From Knoellia sp. p5-6-4 (GTDB lineage Bacteria > Actinomycetota > Actinomycetes > Actinomycetales > Dermatophilaceae): 32,000 nt of DNA. A program made the translations under genes and the position numbers. Location: positions 88,437 through 120,436 of the forward strand of contig NZ_JARGZF010000001.1 in the NCBI RefSeq assembly GCF_029222705.1, written 5' to 3'. Numbering within the stretch: the stretch's first letter is position 1; each line of letters starts with the position of its first letter. Shown here in pieces: positions 7,644 to 15,318 of this stretch. A model generated the notes under the pieces. It saw only the letters and a program-made list of their open reading frames with translations, did no database searches and was not told the DNA's origin.

Positions 7644-8231
7644 GTGATCACCCCAGCGCGTCCCCTGAGTGCAGCGGCGCCCCTGCCGCGAGGTGCGGCT
7701 TGGCGCGCCGTGGCCCGGTCGGTCCTCGTCACGGCCGGCATGCTCCGTCGGCGAGAGGTCCTCCGCCCGCGCGACAAGGTCGGACGCGTCATCCCCTTCG
7801 CGGACGGGACGTCCGGGCGCGTGTACCGCGAGACCGCCGTGCGCCGGACACCGGCGGCCCCGTGCGTGCTCGTGGTGTCGTTCAGGCTCCGGCTCGTCCG
7901 CGGCCGGGCGCATCCGGTCTTCCGGGCCGAGAGCCTGCTGAACACGCCCCTCTTCGTCGGGTTCCCCGGGTTCGTCTCCAAGCTCTGGCTCGCCCACGAC
8001 GCCCGCGGGCTCTACCGGGGGCTCTACGAGTGGGACGGTCCCACCCGCGCTGACGCCTACGCGCGCTCACTCTGGCGCGTGCTCGAGCTCGTGTCGCAGC
8101 CGGGCTCCATCGACTACCGGGTGCTGCCGGGGCTGGGGCGTGACGCCGTGCTCGCCGAACCCGCACTGCTCGACCGCTTTGCCGCGACCGACGTCGGTGG
8201 GGCCGCGTGGTGGCGCGTCGTGGCGGCCTGA
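7644..8231 (+). CDS. Hypothetical protein, possibly a dimeric alpha/beta-barrel (ABM/YdhR-like) protein
   Basis: The segment FVGFPGFVSKLWLAHDARGLYRGLYEWDGPTRADAYARSLWRVLE resembles the YdhR/ABM pattern. The start is uncertain: GTG 7644 or ATG 7740, with GC3 rising after about 7740. Its stop (8229-8231) sits just before or inside the start region of the next gene. Confidence 0.55.
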   Translation: MITPARPLSAAAPLPRGAAWRAVARSVLVTAGMLRRREVLRPRDKVGRVIPFADGTSGRVYRETAVRRTPAAPCVLVVSFRLRLVRGRAHPVFRAESLLNTPLFVGFPGFVSKLWLAHDARGLYRGLYEWDGPTRADAYARSLWRVLELVSQPGSIDYRVLPGLGRDAVLAEPALLDRFAATDVGGAAWWRVVAA

Positions 8232-9820
8232 CCCCGGAGGTGGACGTGCTGGTCGTGGGTGCCGGACCGGCCGGCTTGGCCACCGCACTCCAGGCGCGGG
8301 CCCACGGCGCCCGGGTGCGGGTGGTCGAGCGCAGGACCGACGCGTTCCGGCCCTCGCGGGCGATGATCGTCCACCCCCGCACGCTGGAGGGACTGCGGCC
8401 GCTCGCCGTGACAGACCGCCTGCTCGAGGTCGGCGACCGCGCGCCGCGCGCCGAGCTGCACCTCGGCAGCCGCACCGTCTCCACACGGCTTGCCGATGTG
8501 GCGCTTGCCGACACGGCATACCCGCACCTGACGATGATCCGGCAGATGGACGTCGAGGAGGCCCTGACGGACGCGCTGGGCCAGCGCGGCGTCGAGGTCG
8601 AGCGTGGCACGGAGCTGGTGGCCGCCGCGGCAGGCCACGGCCTCGCGCGGGCCACCCTGAGTGCTGCCGGGCGGCTCGAGGAGGCCACGGTCCGGTTCGT
8701 CGCCGGGTGCGACGGGCAGTCGAGCACGGTGCGCAGCGTCATGGGCACCGGGTGGCACGGCGGCCCCTACGGCGAGGAGGTCGTGCTCGCGGATGCGGAG
8801 CTCGACGGCGGCCTCTCCCCCGGCGTGCTGCACGTCGCTGCCGGCCGTTCCGGGCTGGTGTTCGTCTTCGCACTGGGTGAGGGCGCCACGTGGCGGGTCC
8901 TGGCGACCCGTCCCACGACCTGCAGCGGGCTCGCGTACGGGCAGCCGGGGCCCGCGGTGCCGGCCGGCGAGGTGCAGGCGCTGCTGGACGCCGGTGGCAT
9001 GGGCGCGAGCCTCACCGAACTGCGCTGGTCGGCGGTCGTCCCCCTGCAGCACCGGCTGGCACGCTCCTTCCGGCAGGGGCCGTTCTTCCTCGCCGGCGAT
9101 GCCGCGCACACGCACTCGCCGGCTGCCGCTCAGGGGATGAACACCGGCATCCTCGACGGGCTCAACCTCGGCTGGAAGCTGGCCTTCGCCGCCCGTCGCG
9201 CCGCTGCAGCCCCGTCGCGGTCCGGTGCCGGGGCCCTGCCTGCCACGAACCAGGTGCACGACAGCTCGGCTCTGCTCGACTCCTACGAGATGGAACGCCG
9301 CCCCGTCGCGAGGGAGGTGCTCGCGCTCACCCACCTGGTCTTCTTCGCCGAGGCCTCCGCCAACCCGCTGGCGGCCTTCCTGCGCGGGACGCTCGTGCCG
9401 CTCGCGGCGCCCCTGGTCCCGTTTGTGCTCCGGCAGCGCCTGCCGATGGCGGAGGTGGTGCGCGTGCTGTCCCAGGGCTGGGTGCGCTACCGCGCCAGTC
9501 CCCTGTCCGTCGACGCCGGCCGGAACCGAAGGGGTGCACAGCCCGGCGACCGGCTGCCGGACGCAGCAGTGACCTGCGGGGGGCGCCGGACCCGCCTGCA
9601 CGAGCGGACCGCGACCCCCGGCATACACGTGCTGCTGCAGCGGGACGGTGTCGTCCCGGACTGGCTGCCTCCGCACGCACCGGTGAGCATCCACCGGGTC
9701 GAGAGCTGGTCGGGCACAGGCCTGCTCGCCGTCCGGCCCGATGGACATGTGGGCTTCCGCACGGATCACGCGGACGACGGCGGACTCGCCCCGTGGCTCG
9801 ACTTGGTCGGCGCGCTGTGA
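8207..9820 (+). CDS. FAD-dependent aromatic-ring monooxygenase (PheA/TfdB-type)
   Basis: VDVLVVGAGPAGLATALQARAHGARVRVVERR (GxGxxG), then FFLAGDAAHTHSPAAAQGMNTGILDGLNLGWKLA (the GD...H..P..GQG.N motif). An alternative start, GTG 8246, has GGAGG 5 nt upstream and lies right after the previous stop. Confidence 0.85.
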   Translation: MVARRGGLTPEVDVLVVGAGPAGLATALQARAHGARVRVVERRTDAFRPSRAMIVHPRTLEGLRPLAVTDRLLEVGDRAPRAELHLGSRTVSTRLADVALADTAYPHLTMIRQMDVEEALTDALGQRGVEVERGTELVAAAAGHGLARATLSAAGRLEEATVRFVAGCDGQSSTVRSVMGTGWHGGPYGEEVVLADAELDGGLSPGVLHVAAGRSGLVFVFALGEGATWRVLATRPTTCSGLAYGQPGPAVPAGEVQALLDAGGMGASLTELRWSAVVPLQHRLARSFRQGPFFLAGDAAHTHSPAAAQGMNTGILDGLNLGWKLAFAARRAAAAPSRSGAGALPATNQVHDSSALLDSYEMERRPVAREVLALTHLVFFAEASANPLAAFLRGTLVPLAAPLVPFVLRQRLPMAEVVRVLSQGWVRYRASPLSVDAGRNRRGAQPGDRLPDAAVTCGGRRTRLHERTATPGIHVLLQRDGVVPDWLPPHAPVSIHRVESWSGTGLLAVRPDGHVGFRTDHADDGGLAPWLDLVGAL

Positions 9821-10184
9821 CAGGGGCACGCCCGTGGACTCTTGACCTGGGACGGGTACCACGGGTCGTCGTCGTGCTTCCCGCGGGTCGGGGGTGGGGG
9901 TGGCCGTGCGGCCGTCAGGACGCCTCTCGTGAACCCGCTTCAGGGTCGTGCGGGTCACGAGAACAGCGAGCAGGAGGATGCCGCCGAGGATGAGAAGCGG
10001 GTAGCCAGGGCCTGGCAGCCGGATCAGAACGGTACCGAGGATGGTCATCACAGCTCCGGCGACAATAGGCAGTGTGCTCACGGCCCCCAGCCCAAGGCCG
10101 AGGTCATCCCGCGAGGACGCGGTTGGGTGGTCATGCCCCGTCCTCTTGCCCGAGTTTTGGCTCGGACTCAGCGAATTCGACGAG

Positions 10185-10271
10185 CAGGGGTGGGACGGTC
10201 CATCCCTAGGGTGGGTATCCGGTGCGCCGGCCACGGGCGACATTGAGGTTGTTGCCCCACCCTCACCCCTG
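10185..10271 (+). promoter_or_regulatory. Candidate structured 5' leader of the AbfB-CHAP gene
   Basis: CAGGGGTG (10185-10192) pairs with CACCCCTG (10264-10271). AGGGTGGG (10208-10215) pairs with the directly adjacent CCCACCCT (10256-10263). Enclosed hairpins are CCGG-TGCG-CCGG (10219-10230) and GCGACA-N7-TGTTGC (10237-10255). No class assigned. Confidence 0.3.
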
Positions 10272-10286
10272 ATCGGAGCCGACCAC

Positions 10287-11189
10287 ATGCCTTCCTCATT
10301 TCCGACGCTCGCCGCGCGCTCACTGCGCCGCCTCGTCGTCGTTCTCGCCCTCCTGGGCAGCCTCGGCGGTCTTCTGCTCGTCACAGCGCAACCTTCCGCG
10401 GCAGCGGTGCCGTATGACCAGGTCGTGTCGTTCGAGTCCAAGAACTACCCCGGACGCTACATCCGGCACCGCAACTGGCTGGGCGAGATCACGCCCCTGT
10501 GGAGCGGTCTGGACCGGCAGGACGCGACGTTCATCGTGCGCGGCGGCCTCACCGGTGCGGCGGGCACGGTGAGCTTCGAGTCGGCCAACTACCGCGGCCA
10601 CTACCTGCGGCACCAGGGTTGGCGGATCAAGCTGGCGGCGCCCGACGGAAGCCAGCTCTTCAGGCAGGACGCGACGTTCACGGCGCGCGAGCTCGGCTAC
10701 GGAGAGTGGAAGTTCGAGTCGGTCAACTACCCGGGCCACTTCATCCGGCACAGCGGTTTCCAGCTGTGGCTGAACAGGGCCGACGGCAGCGTCCTGTTCG
10801 ACCGTGACTCCACCTGGCACCGCAAGCCCGCCGCGAATGGCACCCAGGGTCGTGGCGAGTGCACCGACTGGGCCCTCTACAAGCGTCCCGACCTGTCTGG
10901 CACGGTCAGTGGCAACGCGGAGCTGTGGACGGAGCAGGCACGCCGTGCTGGGCGCCCGGTGTCCAAGGCCCCGTCCGAGCGCGCCGTGGTGGTGTTCCAG
11001 CGCAGCGTCATGGGCGCCGGTTCGACGACCGGCCACGTCGCCCACGTCGAGCGCGTTGCGCGCGACGCCTACGGCAACGCGACGTCGTTCGTTGTCTCGG
11101 AACAGAACTGGAACGGCAACAGGTATCCCACCAACCGCACCATCCAGGTGAGGGACCTGCCGCCCACCGGCGTGGACTTCATCCGCTGA
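10287..11189 (+). CDS. Secreted protein: signal peptide + AbfB-type beta-trefoil (CBM42-like) carbohydrate-binding domain + CHAP amidase/peptidase domain
   Basis: ATG 10287 lies within track ORF 10041..11189 and is preceded by GGAG. The signal reads RRLVVVLALLGSLGGLLLVTAQPSAAA. Three internal repeats are present: FESKNYPGRYIRH / FESANYRGHYLRH / FESVNYPGHFIRH, each followed by QDATF/RDSTW. The CHAP-like Cys is in GECTDWALYK and the His in TGHVAHVE. Confidence 0.8.
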   Translation: MPSSFPTLAARSLRRLVVVLALLGSLGGLLLVTAQPSAAAVPYDQVVSFESKNYPGRYIRHRNWLGEITPLWSGLDRQDATFIVRGGLTGAAGTVSFESANYRGHYLRHQGWRIKLAAPDGSQLFRQDATFTARELGYGEWKFESVNYPGHFIRHSGFQLWLNRADGSVLFDRDSTWHRKPAANGTQGRGECTDWALYKRPDLSGTVSGNAELWTEQARRAGRPVSKAPSERAVVVFQRSVMGAGSTTGHVAHVERVARDAYGNATSFVVSEQNWNGNRYPTNRTIQVRDLPPTGVDFIR

Positions 11190-11200
11190 TCGCGGCGTCT

Positions 11201-11251
11201 GCGGAACGTCGAAGGAGAGGGCGCCCCCCGGGCGCCCTCTCGCTGTTCCGC
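11201..11251. terminator. Bidirectional stem-loop between the convergent CHAP gene and corA
   Basis: The inner stem is GAGAGGGCGCC (11215-11225) / GGCGCCCTCTC (11231-11241), 11 bp. The outer stem is GCGGAAC (11201-11207) / GTTCCGC (11245-11251). It begins 12 nt after the CHAP gene stop. There is no clear U-tract, which is common in high-GC actinobacteria. Confidence 0.55.
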
Positions 11252-11307
11252 GAGTGGTGCGCACTGCCCTGGTAGACACCCGTGACCTGTGCCCTGAGAC
11301 CGGCGCC

Positions 11308-12327
11308 TCAGATCCAGCCGCGGCGCTTGAAGAGCACGTAGAGGGTGAGGGCCAGCACCGAGATGACCACCACGCTGGCAACGAAACCGGAGGTCTTGCC
11401 GATGCCGGGGTAGGCGACGTTCATGCCGAACCACCCCGTCACCGCAGTCGGGACCGCGATGATCGCTGCCCAGCCCGTCAGCTTCTTCATGACGACGTTC
11501 AACCGGGCGTCCTGCAACGCGATGTTCGTCTCGAAGACCGTCGTGACCATGTCGCGCAGAGACTCGGTCCACTCCGAGGCGCGCAGGACGTGGTCGTACA
11601 GGTCGGTGTACCAGCCGTCGAGCTCGCCCTGCCCCCCGCCGAGGTCGGACTGGTGCCGCATGACGGTGTTGACGACCTCACGCATCGGCAGCACGACCCG
11701 GCGCAGCTGGACCAGCTCCTTGCGCAGCCGGTAGGTCCGCTCCTGGAGCCGACGGGTGCCGCTCTCGGCGAAGAGGGCGTCCTCGAGCAGCTCGATCGCG
11801 TCGTCCATCGCCTGGATGGTGTCGAAGTGCCCGTCGACCACGACGTCGAGCAGGCCGTGCAGGAGGGCGCCGGAGCCCTGCTTGACGAGGTCGGGGTGGT
11901 CACTCCACCGCTGGACCACCTCGTCCATGTCGAACCGGTCGTCGGGGCGCACCGTCACGACACCGCCGGGCAGGACGAACACCGACAGCCTCTGCAGCTC
12001 GAGCCGCGACTCCACCGCTCCGTGCTGCCCGTTGTCGCCCGAGGGGAGGCGGGTGGCGTAGACGGTCACGAAGGTGTGGGTCGCGTGCCGGGTGGCCTTC
12101 GGCCGCTCCGCCGACGCCACGGAGTCCTCGACCGCGTGGGGGTCCAGCAGGAGCTCCTGGGCCAGCTTGTCGAGCCCTGCCCGGCTCGGGCCGCACAGGT
12201 CAACCCACACCAGGCAGTCGTGGTCCTGCAGGTGGTCCGAGAGCTCGTCCAGCGGGAAACCGTCCACGACGTCCCCCGACCGGCGCCACAGCCTGGTGCG
12301 GACGCTGTGCGCGATCTCGGTGGTCAC
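11308..12327 (-). CDS. corA: CorA-family divalent cation (Mg2+/Co2+/Ni2+) transporter
   Basis: The C-terminus has two TM helices and the signature WFGMNVAYPG (GMN motif). I prefer GTG 12327 (VTTEIAHS...) with GGGAG 9 nt upstream. The track start 12345 abuts a hairpin. Confidence 0.85.
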   Translation of the reverse strand: MTTEIAHSVRTRLWRRSGDVVDGFPLDELSDHLQDHDCLVWVDLCGPSRAGLDKLAQELLLDPHAVEDSVASAERPKATRHATHTFVTVYATRLPSGDNGQHGAVESRLELQRLSVFVLPGGVVTVRPDDRFDMDEVVQRWSDHPDLVKQGSGALLHGLLDVVVDGHFDTIQAMDDAIELLEDALFAESGTRRLQERTYRLRKELVQLRRVVLPMREVVNTVMRHQSDLGGGQGELDGWYTDLYDHVLRASEWTESLRDMVTTVFETNIALQDARLNVVMKKLTGWAAIIAVPTAVTGWFGMNVAYPGIGKTSGFVASVVVISVLALTLYVLFKRRGWI

Positions 12328-12347
12328 ACCGGCAGTCTCCCGCACAG

Positions 12348-12367
12348 CCGGGGTCGGCGAACCCCGG
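12348..12367 (-). other. GC hairpin between the P-loop NTPase gene and corA
   Basis: CCGGGGT (12348-12354) / ACCCCGG (12361-12367), with a 6-nt loop. Confidence 0.35.
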
Positions 12368-12414
12368 TTCCGGCACAGCGTCTGCCTCCCACGCGCCGTC
12401 TCGGCGCTGGACGT

Positions 12415-13041
12415 TCAGCGGTGGAGCTCCGGGCCGTGGGCGCAGCACTCGGGCAGCTCGGCGTGCAGGATCTCGATGGCCCGCATGGCCTTGTCGACGA
12501 AGCGGGGCGAGGACTCGATGACGAACCGGCGCGGGTGGGCCGACCACGCCTGCAGGATGCGCTCGTCGATCTCGGCCGCCGCCTCCGGTGACTCCGTGCG
12601 GAGCGGGTTGCGATGGTTGTAGCCGCGTCCCGGGGACGGCGTGCGCAGGTGGATCACGGCGCCGTAGCGCTCCAGCTCGCGCCGCGGGTCGGTGTGCACC
12701 GAGGCCCAGAATTCCGCGGGGTCTCCCGGCCAGTAGGCAACCCCGTCCACCGTCCCACGGTCGCACAGCACGATGGCCGGGCGGTGGGCGTCACCGACCA
12801 CCTCGAGCTCACGCTGCACGTGGAAGATGGCGCGCTGGGAGGCCTGCCGGCAGGCGGGGTCCTCCTCCCTCGGGAAACCGCCCCCGAACACCACACCGGC
12901 GGACTCGGGGAGGATGTGGACGTGGCGGCACACCGCGTGCCGGAGCAGCTCGAGCAGTGCAGTCTTCCCTGCTCCGGGGCCGCCGGTCACCACCACCCGG
13001 CGCGGCGTGTGCTCACTCGTGCAGGAACAGGCGACCGTCAT
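12415..13041 (-). CDS. P-loop NTPase (AAA_28/NadR-like ATPase family) with Cys-rich termini
   Basis: Walker A is VVVTGGPGAGKTALLELL and Walker B-like is AIVLCDRG. SD GGAGGAG precedes ATG 13041. The N-terminus is MTVACSCTSEH and the C-terminus ELPECCAHGPELHR. Confidence 0.8.
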   Translation of the reverse strand: MTVACSCTSEHTPRRVVVTGGPGAGKTALLELLRHAVCRHVHILPESAGVVFGGGFPREEDPACRQASQRAIFHVQRELEVVGDAHRPAIVLCDRGTVDGVAYWPGDPAEFWASVHTDPRRELERYGAVIHLRTPSPGRGYNHRNPLRTESPEAAAEIDERILQAWSAHPRRFVIESSPRFVDKAMRAIEILHAELPECCAHGPELHR

Positions 13042-13084
13042 CGTGGCTCGCTCCTCCGGTCGACTGCCACAGGGACGTGCGACC

Positions 13085-15250
13085 TCACTCGGTGCGTCGC
13101 ACGGCCAGCACGGCGACGTCGTCGTCGTGGGACGGCTCCCGCAACCGGTCCACGAGGTCGGCGAGTCCGTCGGCCACGCCGCGGCCGACGAGGTCGGGCA
13201 TCGCGTCGTGGACCCGCTTCATCCCCTGGTCGATGTCCTCGTCGCGCCGCTCGATGAGCCCGTCGGTGAACGTCAGCAAGGTGTCTCCAGCCCGGAAGGG
13301 CACCCGCGACTGCCTCCGGCGCTGCCGCCCGGCGCCCAGCGGTGCCCCGTCTGCGTAGGGCAGCTGCTCGGTGCTGAGGTCGCCGCGCAGGATCACCCCG
13401 GGCGGGTGGCCCGCGTTGGCGATCATCAGCTCGTCGTGGCGGGGGTTGAGCACCATGTAGAGAAGCGTGACCAGCTGCTCGGACCCGTAGCGATCGAGCA
13501 TCAGGTCCAGGCTGCGGATGACCGCCTCGGGCGAGGGGTCGACGGCGGCGTACGCACGCACGGCCGACCGCATCTGCGCCATGGCGGCGGCGGCGCGGAC
13601 CCCCCGGCCCATGACGTCGCCCACGAACACGGCCAGCCGGCCGCCGCCGATCGGGATGGCGTCGTAGAAGTCGCCGCCGACCTCGGTGCGGCCCGAGGGG
13701 CTGTAGTGGCTCGCGATCTCCCATGCCGGGAGGCTGGGCATGGCTTCGGGCAGCACAGCCTGCTGCAGCTGCACCGCGGCCACCAGCGTCTGGCTGTGCA
13801 GCTCGGCGTTGTCGATCGCCACGGCGGCCCGGCGGGCGAGGTCCTCGGCGAACGCGAGGTCCGACGGCCCGAAGTGCCGTTCGGACTCCGCGGCCGCCCA
13901 GGTCATGACTCCCAGCACCCTGCCCCGGGCGGACAGCGGCACGGTGAGGGCGCTGCAGAGCCTGAGGTCGCGCGCGATCCGGAGGTGTTCCTCGTCCTTG
14001 GCGGAGGCGACGAGCATCTCGTCCGTGACCTCCGGGACGAGCAGGCTCGTGCCCGACCGGATGACCTGCCACGGACCAACCGGGGCGTCCGGGTCCGCGG
14101 GGTAGCGGTCCTGGAGGGACCGGGCCAGCTCGACCTTGGCCGGGTCCACGTGGGCGACGGCCAGCCGGTTCAGGCGGGTGCCGTCGACGACGTCGATGCC
14201 GCACCAGTCGGCGAACGTGGGGACGGCCAGCTGGGCCACGCGCGCCAAGGTGGTCTCGTAGTCGAGGCTGCTGGCGAGCTCGGCCGAGGCGTCAGCCAGG
14301 AACTGGAGCTTGGCGGTCTGGGCGGCCACCTCCTCGGACACGCCGATCCGCTCGAGCGCCTGGGCGCACGTGTCGGCGACGATCTCGAGGAACTCCAGCT
14401 CGGCTGCGTCGACGGGACGGCGGCCCTGGAAGGACAGGGCGATCGCGCCGAGGGTCCGGTCAGACGCCCTCAACGGCAGGGCGACGATCGACTGGTCGGG
14501 TACCGGGGTGTCCCCGATGACGTCGGGGAACCGCCGCGTCAGCTCCGCCGCCCCGACCACGGTGACCACCCGGCCGGTGCGCACGGCCTCGCTGGACGGC
14601 GTTCCGATGGCCAGCGGGTAGCGCCTCCACCGACGCGCGTCGCTCTCCTGGAGGCCCCGCAGGCCGATGATGCGCAGCGCGTCGTCGCCGTCGCGCAGGG
14701 TCAGGGTCGCGATCGGCGCCCCGACGGCGTCTGCCGCGTGGGTGATGATGATGCGCTCCACCGCGTCCACCGACTCGGCCACGGCCAGCTCGGAGGTGAC
14801 GCGGGCCAGCCGGGCCAGGCTGCTGGCGGGGCCCAGCCGGCCGTCCCTGTCCACATCCCCCTGCGCCGGCCCGTCGATCGCGGTCGCGACGCAGAGCATC
14901 CCGACGACCGCCCCGTCCCGCCACATCGGAGTGAGGGTGACCCGGCGCTGCACCGGACCAGCAGCAGTGAGAAGCGCCGCGGTTCCTGTCCACGGCGTCC
15001 CTGCCAGCACCTGTTCGGCGACCGCCACGAGGCGCGCGTGCTCGGCCCCGTCGAAGACCTCGCTGGGGAGGTCAGCGCCCTCGAGCCGGGCGGAGGACGC
15101 CGGTGCCCCGACGGTCCCTCGGGCCGCGGCGTTCGCGTACGTGACCCGACTGGAGCGGTCGACGAGCAGAGCCGCGTCGCCGAAGGCGTCGAGCAGGCCC
15201 GGGTCGGCAGGCCAGCAGTCACGCCGTTCGCCACTCACAGCGCACATCAT
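13085..15250 (-). CDS. PAS-GAF-GAF-PP2C (SpoIIE/RsbU-type) serine phosphatase
   Basis: Start at ATGATG 15250 inside track ORF 13085..15928. The order is a PAS-like N-terminus (LLVDRSSRVTYANAAA), two GAF-like segments, then the PP2C core EVGGDFYDAIPIGGGRLAVFVGDVMGRGVRAAAAMAQ ... DTLLTFTDGLIE ... DDDVAVLAVRR. Confidence 0.85.
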   Translation of the reverse strand: MMCAVSGERRDCWPADPGLLDAFGDAALLVDRSSRVTYANAAARGTVGAPASSARLEGADLPSEVFDGAEHARLVAVAEQVLAGTPWTGTAALLTAAGPVQRRVTLTPMWRDGAVVGMLCVATAIDGPAQGDVDRDGRLGPASSLARLARVTSELAVAESVDAVERIIITHAADAVGAPIATLTLRDGDDALRIIGLRGLQESDARRWRRYPLAIGTPSSEAVRTGRVVTVVGAAELTRRFPDVIGDTPVPDQSIVALPLRASDRTLGAIALSFQGRRPVDAAELEFLEIVADTCAQALERIGVSEEVAAQTAKLQFLADASAELASSLDYETTLARVAQLAVPTFADWCGIDVVDGTRLNRLAVAHVDPAKVELARSLQDRYPADPDAPVGPWQVIRSGTSLLVPEVTDEMLVASAKDEEHLRIARDLRLCSALTVPLSARGRVLGVMTWAAAESERHFGPSDLAFAEDLARRAAVAIDNAELHSQTLVAAVQLQQAVLPEAMPSLPAWEIASHYSPSGRTEVGGDFYDAIPIGGGRLAVFVGDVMGRGVRAAAAMAQMRSAVRAYAAVDPSPEAVIRSLDLMLDRYGSEQLVTLLYMVLNPRHDELMIANAGHPPGVILRGDLSTEQLPYADGAPLGAGRQRRRQSRVPFRAGDTLLTFTDGLIERRDEDIDQGMKRVHDAMPDLVGRGVADGLADLVDRLREPSHDDDVAVLAVRRTE

Positions 15251-15318
15251 CACAGTCTGCTCGCTGCCCGAACAGCATTTCGCGGAATCCGTAGGACCGA
15301 GGCTCCCGAGTCGCGGCC

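Noticed and set aside
9880-9905. The G-run GGGTCGGGGGTGGGGGTGG as a G-quadruplex.
   Set aside because: Only three runs have three or more G residues. Such runs are frequent in DNA this GC-rich, and nothing points to function.
10150-10286. Assignment of the CHAP-gene leader to the c-di-AMP (ydaO-yuaA) riboswitch class.
   Set aside because: There are only vague resemblances (CGAATTCGA, AGGGTGGGTATCC). The conserved 3' element, which I remember as ACCCGACAGCUAACCUCG-like, is missing. It is kept only as an unclassified candidate structure.
8114-10441. A 775-aa minus-strand ORF spanning the whole monooxygenase region.
   Set aside because: It is an antisense shadow of the FAD monooxygenase gene. 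The composition is Arg/Gly/Pro-rich with no motifs. Stop-free antisense frames are expected at this GC content. Only its extreme 5' part (the PGPGW-like segment) is discussed separately.
12328-12414. An M-box (Mg2+) riboswitch upstream of corA.
   Set aside because: The spacer is under 90 nt and holds only one simple hairpin, which is far too short for an M-box.
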